Shown: one piece after another, positions 13,190 to 24,900 of the stretch
How positions within the stretch are numbered: the stretch's first letter is position 1
Layout: each line of letters opens with the position of its first letter
Source: Callorhinchus milii
Taxonomy: Eukaryota
Assembly (NCBI RefSeq): GCF_018977255.1
Contig: NW_024704742.1
Location: 93,312,001 to 93,376,000, forward strand
Length of the DNA: 64,000 nucleotides
Direction of reading: 5' to 3'
The notes under the pieces: generated by a model
Database searches by the model: none
Seen by the model: the letters and a program-made list of their open reading frames with translations, nothing else
What the model was told of the DNA's origin: nothing
Translations under genes and position numbers: made by a program

Positions 13190-13906
13190 TGGCTCTTGCG
13201 TCTTGTTTGACCCTCAACTATCTTTTCTCACCCACATCTGCGCCATGACCCTCTCTGCCTTCCCCCACCTGCGCAATGTCGCCCGGCTCCGACACTCTCA
13301 CACCACAGGCCGCCGAAACCTTCATACACGCCTTCATTACATCGAGGCTCGACTATACAAACCACTGCTTGTGGGCCTCCCCAACTCCTCCCTCCACAGA
13401 CTGCAGATCATCCAGAACTCTGCAGCCCGTGTCCTCTCCCGCACCAGGCTCCGAGACCCTATCACCCCCACCTCACCCGACTCCACTGGCTTCCCATCAC
13501 ACAGAGGATACAGTTCAAGATCCTGGTCCTCACCTTCATAGCCGTCCACAGCCTTGCTCCCCCCTACCTCTGCAACCTCCTAACCCCCCACTGTCCTGCC
13601 CGCTCCCTCCACTCAGCAGGTTCTGGCCGGCTTCACATCCCCCGCCTCGCTCGCCCCACCAATGGCGGTCGGGCCTTATGCCACTCTGCCCCCACCCTCT
13701 GGATCTCCATCCCACAGTCCCTCTGCCTTGCCCCCTCCCTTACCCCCTTCAAGACCTATCTCAAGACTCTCCACTTGAATCGGGCCTTCAATCACCCTCC
13801 TCCCCCCCATCCCAACCCGCAGCTCGGGTCCAAAATTCTTGACTGTCCAGCGCTTTGGGACGTCCTCCCGATGTGAAAGACGCTTTACAAATGTGATTTT
13901 GTTGTT
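13190..13906 (+). mobile_element. L2 3' fragment
   Basis: AETFIHAFITSRLDY, LQIIQNSAARVL, 3' stem-loop tail. Confidence 0.9.
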
Positions 13907-15064
13907 ACATTGCTGGAAGTGAGGTCCTTCAGATGAGGTCCTATCTGCCTGTTCAGGTGGATGTTGACAATCCTGTGACATTATTCAAAAAGAGAAAGTT
14001 TCTCCCGATATCCTGGCCAATAAATCCCCAAAATAAAAACATGGCTGCTTGTGGGACATTGCTGTGAGCAAACTGACTATTGCAATCACCCTCAAAATAT
14101 ACAATCATTGCATTTGATAGTATATCCTGTGAAACGCTTTGAGAGATCAACAACATAATTTGTTGCTTTGTCCAATGTAAGTATGATTATTATAAATCCA
14201 CAACAAATCAATTAAATTAATTTGTTTTTTTCCCGTAGACCCTCCAACTCGCTCACTGCCTCAACTCATTCAATTATTTGAACGCATTTTTGGGCATCTT
14301 TCCCCTCCCCCCATCAGTTCCCACCGCCAGTTTGGGTGCCCAGACTGTACTATTCAGTGCTTTGGGACGTCCCCCTAATGTACAACATGTTATATGAATG
14401 GAAAATTGTATAATATTGGTCTTATTTTTTCTTTCCTATGTTATAAGTTGTTCATTCACTTCCTGGCAGATTGCGAGACATTGCTGTGCTCAATGTTCGT
14501 TGTCTCATTGGTCTACAAAATACACCACAGTGAAATCCCTTAAAGCACTTTGAGACATTTAGAGATACAGTAAACTACTAATAACTTGACCCTGGCCCAG
14601 CCTGTCCAAACCACTTAAGCCATTGTGCTATTAATATCCTGGCTGCATGTATTTATACAAAGGCCTAACACACCACTCCAGATAACTTGTCATTGAACCC
14701 TTTTCCCTTGGAGTGACGAGTTATCAGGAGTTTACTGTAGTTAAGGAAGAATGCAAGAATTATTATATGGAAACTACATTGCCAAGCCTACGATTTCAGG
14801 AGTGCGACTGGAAGCAGCATTTGGTGTGTTTGATCATGCTTGGCCATTCTCCAACACAGCAGCAGGTGTGGTGAACAATTATTTATCTTCTACGGTACTA
14901 TACATAGCATCAGTAGTGGGCGCAGCTAAAGATTGTGACTTGTACAAACAAAATACCACATCTATTGTGTCAAAAAGAAACGGTTAAGCGCAGTAAGTCA
15001 GACCTCTTCCCATTCTTCAAAAATCACAACTTCGTTAATATATTTACATTTTCACTTTTTTTCA

Positions 15065-16581
15065 TTTCCTTGCTCCACCTTCATCTCCCTTAACTCTTCA
15101 ATCCTCTCCCCACTGCCACACAACCCCTTCCATCTCCTACTGCCCTGGGTCCATCATCAAACTCACTTTCGTCTCCAAGGTACTGGAACGAGTTGTTGCT
15201 TCCCAGCTTCGCTCCTTCTTCTCCCGCCACTCCCTTCACAAGCCCCTCCAATCGGGTTTCCGTGCCGCCCATAGCACAAAAACAGCCCTGGTCAAATTGA
15301 CAAATGACATTCTGTCCATCTGCGACCAGGGCTGCCTCTGCCTCCTTGTCCTCCTTGATCTCTCTGCTGCCTTCGACATTGTTGACCACTCTATCCTCAT
15401 CCACCTCTCCTCTCACCTCAACTTTCACAGTTTTGTCCTTGAATGGTTGAGATTGTATCTCTCACACTGCCTCCACTTCATCTCCACAACTGGTTTCTCC
15501 TTTAGCCCCAGCACCGTCTGGTCCAGCATTCCTCAGGGCTCTGTCCTCGATCCCCTCCTCTTCAATATCTATAGTCTCCCTCTTAATGACATTATCTGCA
15601 GACAAGGGGTCAACTTTCACACGTATGTGGATGACACCCAACTCTACCTCTCTGCCTCCACCCTTGACTTCAGGACCACTGCTGTGCTGACAGAATGTCT
15701 GTCAGACATCGAGTCCTGGAAGAGACCTAACTTTCTTTAGTGAACTTCAACAAGACCAAGCGCCTCCACACCTCAGGCGCTGACAGCATCACCATCCATG
15801 GTTGCACATTCCTCCGAACTAAGCCAGTCTGGAACATTGGCGTCTGGTTTGACCCTCAACTGTCCTTTCTACCCCACATACTTGCCATAACAACAACAAA
15901 CAACAATAACGTGCCATAACCCGCTTTGCCTCCCCCCACCTCCGCAACATCGCTCGGCTCCGCCACTGTCTTACACCACAGGTCGCCAAAACCCTCATAC
16001 GTGCTTTCATAACACCAAGGCATGACTATGCAAACTCCTTGCTTGTCGGCCTCCCCAAATCCTCCCTCCGTAGGCTGCAGCCCATGTCTTCTCACCCATC
16101 TGGCTCCATGACCTATCACCCCCATCCTCGCCCAACTTCACTGGCCTTCATCACACAGAGGATACAGTTCAAGATCCTGGTCCTCACCTTCAAAGCCTTC
16201 CATGGTCTTACTCCCCCCCTACCTCTGCGACCTCCTAACCCCCTACTGTCCTGCCCGCTCCTTCCGCTCAGCGGGCTCTGGCCTGCTTCATGTCCCTGCC
16301 TCGCCCGCCCCACTATCGGCAAGCAGTCCTTCTGCCATTCTGCCCCCACCCTCTGGAACTCCATCCCACAGTCCCTCCGCCTCACCCATTCCCTCGCTTC
16401 CTTCAAGACCCATCTCAACACCCTCCTCTTTGACCGTGCTCTTGATCACTCTGCTTCCCCCCCCTGCCCTTCACCCTCTCCAATCCCGGCCCCCAGTTCA
16501 GGTCCGAAACACTGACTGTCCAGCGCCCTGAGATGTTCTCCCGACATGAAAGGTGCTATACAAAAGTAATTTTGTTGTTGT
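15065..16581 (+). mobile_element. L2 fragment with RT remnant
   Basis: LLDLSAAFDIVDH, IPQGSVLDPLLFNIY, YVDDTQLY; 3' tail. Confidence 0.92.
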
Positions 16582-18905
16582 ACTGATCGTGCTCAGTGGA
16601 TAAGTGAAGTGCTGTATAGCATAATGGAAGCACTGTCATAGTATATAAAAAACGATATGGAGATAGGGCAGGGCGATTTAAATTAAACCTTGCTCTGAGA
16701 GCCAATGTAGATTTGATAAGCTGAATGGCCTCCATCTGCAGTGTAAATTTTTATGATTCTTGGTAGCCTCCAGTTTAGTGCTTGTTATCTGGTAGGCATT
16801 AACTCAACCTTTGTCCCAAAAGGTAATATGGGTTTCTTGCAAGACAAATGTGATAACATTTACTAGCAAATGATCTAGGAACTACTGTAATGTGGAAAAC
16901 ACCTTTAAAAGCTTTAAACACCTTATTGTATACTTTTAATTAATTTCTAAATGCACAGGAAATAATCAAGAATTTGATGCAATGTGTAATACAAAACATC
17001 TCTAATGCACTGATCACTGGTTTATACTGATAAATATTAACAGAGTGCTAAATAATGTGCTCTTTCTTACATTCCAGCACAAAAAATATCCTACAACAAT
17101 CTTAACATATAGACAAAATCATAAAAAAATTAGTATGTATAATGGGGTCCAAGATGCAATCAGGCATTTTGCATTCATAAACTCACACTTACCAAAACTG
17201 GTCATTTCACTGACATCCATAGAATAAAACCTATGCAGTGGCAAATAAGTAAACCAAAAAGCGGAAATATACCAATACTGGGATAAAGATTTTAAAAAAT
17301 AGTATTGGAGTTAAAACAAAATAGAATTTGAGGCATAATGCTTGGAATGAGAAAAAAATCCCACCTTTTCAAAGATCACCTATAATTAATTCTTTAATGC
17401 ATTTCATTCATTCATCCATCCAGATTTACTCTTCTGTTCATAAAGTTCTGTAAAATTGTTCTCTGCCCTCAAGGTAAATAATCCAACCTGATAAAAATCA
17501 ATATGCATCCAACTTATCATCCTATTATTCCTTAACTTTTCCACAGTGTTCCACAATTCCGCTTCACATTCCACACAGCATTCAACCATTTCCATGTGCC
17601 ATAATCCTTATTAGTTTTTTTTCTTGGAGCACAACCTAATGCTTCAGTGCCCTTTTGAAGGTAGAATGCCCCACAATTGTACACAATGGGGTGAAAATTG
17701 TGATCTGTGATGTGTTAATTAGCACATCACTGATAAATGCTGCCAGTTGATAAATTGACTGGCTTGCAAGTGTGACGCATCCCTCCCCTGATTCTGCTGT
17801 GCATCAGACTGTCAGTTTGACAGGCTGTGGTCTCAGTGTGCTAGTTAGTGGAATCTCACCTCCAATCAGGTTCATTTTGTTTAGTAAAGCAGGTACCCGC
17901 TAACCAGCAGTCCAGTGTCACACTCTGTAAACCAGAAGTCCCAACATGCTGAAAAGTGAGCTTTTCAGCACAATCCTTCAGAAGGGTTTTGGGAGCTCTA
18001 CCTCCAACCCATTCAGAAAACAATCTACATGCCAATTATCTACTTACTAATTTAAATGCATGTGTTAATTCGTAACATTGGTGTTAATTAACATAAATTC
18101 TGGTCAGCAATATCTGCAGCGCCTTTAGTGATGGTTGGCCACTAAGTGAGATTTTCTCACTATAATTATACATTGCTAAAGAAGTTAAATGCAACACCGA
18201 CTGGAATTTTAGCCCATTCATGTTGCAATTTTCACTCCAAGATATCTTGAGCTATATTGAAACACATAGTCTCACTGATTAGATTGTGAAGATTCATTCT
18301 GAAATCAAACCAAAAAAGGATCTTGTGCAATGAGGAAAACAATCCATTCATTTTTACACACGTCACGTTTCGGGATGTCGGCTTGTCAAAAATCCACCTC
18401 CAAATGAACTACTATTTTCTTCCCAAAGTGCTCTGAGATGTTACCCTATGAAAGGTGCTGTATAAATGCAAGTTGTTGTGTTGTAACGTTAAACAGAATT
18501 GTTACCCACAAATATTTCACCCTCTATACATTACAGCACAATTAGCTTTAAAACATTCGTCACATACATGTTGCCTCTTCTTACATTTTGCATTTGGTCA
18601 TATGTCTTTCCAAGCATTTCTTATCAATCAGCTGTGGGATCACAAATTCTTTCATATGCCCATTTCCAACATACTGAACTGTGCCATGAATAAACACAAT
18701 ACATCTAAAAAAAAGCTATCCTCTAATTGCCTTGTACACCCCATATGTACTTGAAAATGCAAAGCTGACTTAAGTGAGTTATCACATTTTATCAGTGCCT
18801 CACTGTTGTTGTTTTCGAAACAAAGGGGATCAGTTCTTTATGGCAGATCATCTGCTTCTCTTGCCATTCTGTTTATGTTCACATGAGAATCCGTGGCCCA
18901 TGCTG

Positions 18906-18955
18906 TCAGAGTTGTAGGCTCAGAGATACCTTAGTAGTATAGGAAGGAGTTAAAT
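18906..18955 (-). CDS. LRRC2: LRRC2 last coding exon
   Basis: tttgttgcag|(D)[18 protein letters not shown]. Confidence 0.92.
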
Positions 18956-21900
18956 CTGCAACAAAGCAAAACATGAATTCCCTGAGTGTCTGCTGGCAAT
19001 CATGGTGAATCATCAATCAACTGGACATGAATTTAAAAAAAAGCCCTTTTCTTAAATCAAAATGAAATCTTATTGATAATAATAAAAGTCATTGTATTTC
19101 ATATATTGTCTATAAAGACCAAAAAGCTCTTCACCATAAATTGCTGCTAAGTATATTGCTCTATTTTTATAGCACCTTATGTCAAAACATTTTAAATTCT
19201 TCACAAGTAATGGCTTTTGCAAGCAAATGCTATAGCTGTTTCGCATTGCTGTGCACAAAAATGAATGACCAATTTATCTGGATTGCTGGCCAGGACCCAA
19301 AAATATCCTTCTCTTTTTGTGGAGAATATTCCTTTCTCTTTTTGTCAACCTGTCAGATGGAGATCAATAGGACTTTGATTAACATCTATTTGAAAGACTG
19401 CATCTCTGACAATGCAGCATTCTCACACCACTGCACCACAGAGCTCTACAACATATAATCTTCTGACCAAAGACGAGAATGTTACCAACTGAGTCAGACT
19501 GACACTTCAGCATTTTATTATGATTCTGTAAGATTTAAAGTATTTTTTATGAAGAATATGACCATTAATAATTGAAATATATTTTGGTGGATTGCTGCAG
19601 GGTTTCAGAGCTGTCACACTTGATTTAGCCCATTTTGTAAATTACACTGCCTCCCTTCTCAATTTTTAACCTCTGTCAAACTCAAATTACAGTATAATAT
19701 AGCACAGGATCTTACAATGATAAGCTGTGATATATTATTGAGATGCAACTATTTAATTAAGTACTGTGCACATTCAGCACAATACCTAATTAAATACTGA
19801 ATGAATAAATTAGTGTTATATATGTTCGTTCAAGCAAAAATAAAACAAATCACAGTATCAATTTTTTTTAATTGCAGAATGCATACTTTGTTTATAATAC
19901 CATTAATATTAAAATGATGATGATAATTCTTTCATTTGGAAAGTCTCAAAGCTCCTTAGAGATTTGTTTTCTTTTTAAAATGTTTGTAAAGTGTAGTTTT
20001 ACTACACTGTGGTGTATAATCTGTGTTTGTAGGTGAATTTTGAAGTCAATTTACAGACAGTATTGTCCCACAAACAACCAACAGGCGAATGACCAAATGA
20101 ACTGGAAGAACATTGGTCAATATTATGGATTGGTTAAGGTCTCATGAGCTACATAACACCAGGTGGTTTATGTTGTCTGTCACATGTTTTATATTAATAG
20201 TATCACAGTTTATCATTGCAAGATCCTGTGCCATTTCTATTAATATCGTAACCCCTTTCTAATTACTATGATCTTTTTTATATAACCACCTCAGATAGAA
20301 CATGACCACACACATTTCTTATGACCCTTGAAATACTATAGCTTTGGTTAATCCTCCTCTATATAAATCTGGTCAGTAGGACTTGGAGGCAAATCACTGG
20401 GAGCAAGGATTCTTCCCACTTGGCTTCCGTTCACCCCAGTGTGCAAGGTAGTCCTCACTGGACAAGTAGTGGTAAACTTGTCAGACAATGTTCTCAATGG
20501 GAAGCTATATGATTTTAGCTGGTTAAACTCTAGCAGTGTCCTATTGTACATTCTGGGTCCACAAGTCTTGGTTCTCACCAACCTTATGCCTAATATTCTC
20601 TACAACTAGGTAAGCAGCGGTTCTGGTCAATATTAAAGGTTCTCATGCCATGATTCAAAAAGAGATGTGACTTACTCCTGGTGAACTGGCCAACATTCTC
20701 CTTGATAAATTGCTGATTCACTTCATTGCTGTTTGCAGGACACTGGTGTGCACATTGTGGGTGTTGTATTTAATAATAATCCTTGCATTTGATATAGGGC
20801 CTTATCACGTCTTTGAGATGTTTCAAAGTGCTTATCTGTCTAGAAATACACTGTCTCCTCACTTTGCAGCAATTCTTGCAAAGCACTTTGTGATGTTTTA
20901 TTGCCGTATCAAATGCAAGGTTTATTATGTAATAAATTCAATGCGATAATATCAAATATGTTAAGAAACAGCACATTTTCCCCCAGTTTCATGGACAATG
21001 GGAATTCCTATACTTCTGTATGTATAACACTTTGGCAATCTTTTCTGCCCCACTCCTCATTCTGCTTATTTGCATTTAGCAGGGGCTCACCAGATGAGAA
21101 TAATACAGAGAAATAGATTTCCTTTGCTTTAAAATGAATACCAATAGCCACAATAAAAACAGTCAAACACAAATCCTGTTTCATGGAAAGACAGTACTAT
21201 AAAAATCAACAGCAAGCCAGTAAATAGACGTCTATACTTAGTAAAGCTACACTCAATAAAACCTTACAGTAATAATGTTTTATAAAATTGGAAGCAGAGA
21301 CGATAAAAAAAACACAAACAAGCATTCCATAGCAAACTTTATCTGAGTGTTGCTATTCCAGTAACTTCATTCAGCAAAATGAAAATTGTGAGAACAGTCA
21401 CAATAAATACAATTGACAACATTCTATAATTAAGATCCCTCTAGACATAGAGCCCAAAGTTGACCCACGCCCTCATTGGAGTTGGTGACTCATTGAAGAC
21501 GGCATCTAAGAATTGGGTAGGTTAAGCCAGCTCTCAAATGATAAAATCCATGGTCCAACACCTCCAAAGACTGGCTTTGTGTTCAATCATTTGTACTGAA
21601 GTCAGGATGGGATCACCCACCTCCAACCAATAGATAATTCATAACTAGCTTGACTGTGATTATCAATGATATGATTATTATCCCCAATGATAAAAATGAC
21701 AGCAATTACCTCTCACTTTCAAGTCCTCAAAGTACATTTGCATAAACTCTTTTTCAAATTGTTCTCGATCATCATCATCTCCTAGGAGCTCAGCAAGCAT
21801 CTCGTCTTCTATACTGTCCAGTGGGGTCTCCCGCAGATCTACATATCTGGAAACAGAAGAGACAACATATTTAAACCATTCATTGAGTGGAAATTATCCT

Positions 21901-24900
21901 TATTTTGGTAAGTCTGTTGATTAACACAATAATGTAACATTTGGGCCAATTTAGAGGCATCCTGCATAGAACCTTTGAAATTGTATAACATAGTAGGACA
22001 TTGGGCTTGTTTTTCGTGTTGGTGTTTTCCTTTCCAAGAAGCATCCAGCCTAATACCATTTTCCTTCTCTTTCCTTGTTCCTTCTAATACAATTCAGTAT
22101 TTAGGTAGAATATAGATCATGCATAAAAGATGCAATTTCTTAGTTAGAAGAAAACCACCCAAAATACACATGGATATCTGAGGACCTTTCCATTGGCTGC
22201 TGAACACAGGTTCCATATTCAGAGAACAACAAAGATAGCCCCAAACAGAAATTTTCCCTGGAAAATTAATGCAATTTTCCCCTTTACTCCCCAAGTGATG
22301 TCATGTGTCTTAATTTACATCACTAATATATTCTGTATGGAATTTAGATCCCAATGCTGATGACATAGTCTGATGACACAAATTTATTTTGGTACAGAAT
22401 CACGATTACTACAGAACCTTCAAGAGTTAAATTTGCCAACAGCCCATTTAACAGAAAGAAACCCTTTGGTGTTTAGACTGAATTATGGAACATTCCTTCC
22501 TGATCAGTAACGAAACGTAACTGATTTAGGATCGCTTAGAAATCATAAATCATTACCACAAAGTGCTCTTTTTAATGATGTGCACAAGACCCCAAAGAAA
22601 ACAAGCCAAAAACAAGGCCATAACTCTGCTTGACTGGCTGGAAAACAGGTTGCTGGGACACGCAAGATAATCATTGAAACAATTAAGTTGGCCAGTTTAT
22701 GTTAAACCAATGTTAAATAACATACCTTCATTTCAAAGCAGCACTGGAGTCTATCTATATCAATCTGTGCATACTCCAGTTTATTATTGACATTGGAGCT
22801 CCCCCTCCCCTTATGCTTCTTATTATGCCATACATCCTCGCAGGACATCCTCAATGCACACCTTGCACACCAGTGACTTCTCTGTTAATAACTAACACAA
22901 AAAAGCAGCCCTCAGGAGCAACTATTGATAGCTGTGCTTATGAGTTTAAATCTTAACTCTGATTGGCACGTGACTCAGTGGATTACACCAGTCGAATACC
23001 TCAGCCAAGCCATCGACTGCAACCTGGAATGAGGGAGAAATGGTCGGTCAATATATCTGGATTCACAACCTTACAGACACACTCATGATGATCAAACATG
23101 GAGAAAAATAGAAAGCAGCTGGGGAGACATATACAAAATCATTTAGCTATCCTGGCTCAATGGCAAGGCCTGGTGAGGTCACATCAGTCGAGAGGGAGGG
23201 AGGGCGACGTCCAAAGAGGAAGAGAGAATGGAAGAGGGGAGAATTGTAAATTATTAGAGAAAGAGTTAACAAAGTAAAGAAAAATCATTCTTCTGTACTT
23301 ACTTGAGATTAGGGTCGGTCAACAAAGAACTTGGCAATGACGTTATGTCATCACCACTGACAACCAACATCCTGAGATTAACCATTTTACATAGGATTTG
23401 AGGCAGGTAGGTCATTTTGTTCTTCTGCAGGAAGAGGGTTTGCAGATTATCGAGTCTGTACGTAAAATAGAAACACCACATAGTATGATTTATAGCTGCA
23501 GAGCTACAGTTAATGAGAATTGTAACATTATGTGTAACCCATTACTGACACGTAAATATCAAGTACTTTTTTTACGCTTACATTCACAATCCCAGAAACC
23601 TATTTTTTCTATAGCCAGCATTGCATTTTTTTCCACTCAGCTTGTTAAGATACACCAGATACATAATTTATGTTTACTTCCAGAGCCTTGGAAGATCCTC
23701 CCAAACTGAAAGGTGCTATATAGATGCAATTTGTTGTTGTTTCCATTATTCAAATCTAGGGCATCACATATTAAAAAAATGGTCAGCCAGTCGTCTGACA
23801 CATGCGGAAACCCATCCACATGCTTAAGCGTATCCAAACCAAGATGAGATTTCCATGCATCCCACTTTCACGTGGAAATCGCAGAAATAGATTGTTGGAA
23901 TGGAATGCGCTCTCTCTCTTCTTGGAGGGGTGCATCCTGCTTACCTATTTCCGGAAAGTATTAGATGCAGGTTGGCAAGAGCCAAGGCTTGGGGACCCCA
24001 GAGTGTAAGTTGGTATATGCTGGAGAATAACCAGCTAAAACCACGTAGCTTGCCATTGATATTTCTGTCCGGCAGGAACCAGACTACTGAGACTGCCACA
24101 GAGGGCTGGCTCAATTCCAAAATTAACCAAGCATGTCACCTAAAAGCAAATGCTTCCTCCAAAGGCTCAGTGAGCATTGAGATCAGGAAGATTTCAGGTT
24201 CTGTGCTTGGTCAGTGGTCAGTCAGCTGATCTCAAGCTGGACAGCTGTAAAGATGCCACATTTATAATTATCCCAAACCTTGAGTTTCAATTTGAAATGA
24301 AAGTCGTGCGAAAGGGTATAAAAAGGGTAATACAGATGCATCGCTAAACTTTAAAGTAACCCTTTGTCTCGCCCCCTCTCTTGCTTCCTTCAAGGCCCAT
24401 CTCAAAACCCTCCTCTTTGACCACTCTTTGGTGGGTGAGCCTGCAGGCCTGTGTTAACATAGGGTAGAGGAATGGGGTATGAAGAGATCAGAGAGATTGG
24501 GAGGTGCTAAGGCGTGAAGGGATTTATATGCAGAGTGAGGGTCCTGAAATCAATCTACTCAGAACATCTTATCAGCTTGTGAGTTTGTTCTGAATGTGGG
24601 CTTGGACCTAGAAGCTTCAGATCCAGAGGCTACTAGCTAGCCAAACTGATCCCAGAAAGTGTTAAATAAAATATGAAATATGATATGATGGTTCTTATAT
24701 GTCCCCTGCACAATCTCACACCACTTTGCTTTCAGTCCGACCTAGTTCAAGTTTGATACAGCACTTTCTCTCTCTACCTCTCTCTCACTCATACTCCATG
24801 TTCATCTGCCAGTTACCTGTCCAGATCCTGAGGCAGGTCCTTTAGTTTATTGCCACTAAGATCCAGGCATTCGAGGGCTGACATCCGAAGCACACAGATA

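Noticed and set aside
18355..18395. GAAACGT-containing hammerhead-like string on the minus strand
   Set aside because: No CUGANGA core or stem II; more likely a decayed SINE/L2 tail.
20348..20600. 77-aa minus ORF as an alternative LRRC2 last exon
   Set aside because: The in-phase acceptor has no pyrimidine tract and the peptide matches nothing I know; the conserved last exon is at 18955.
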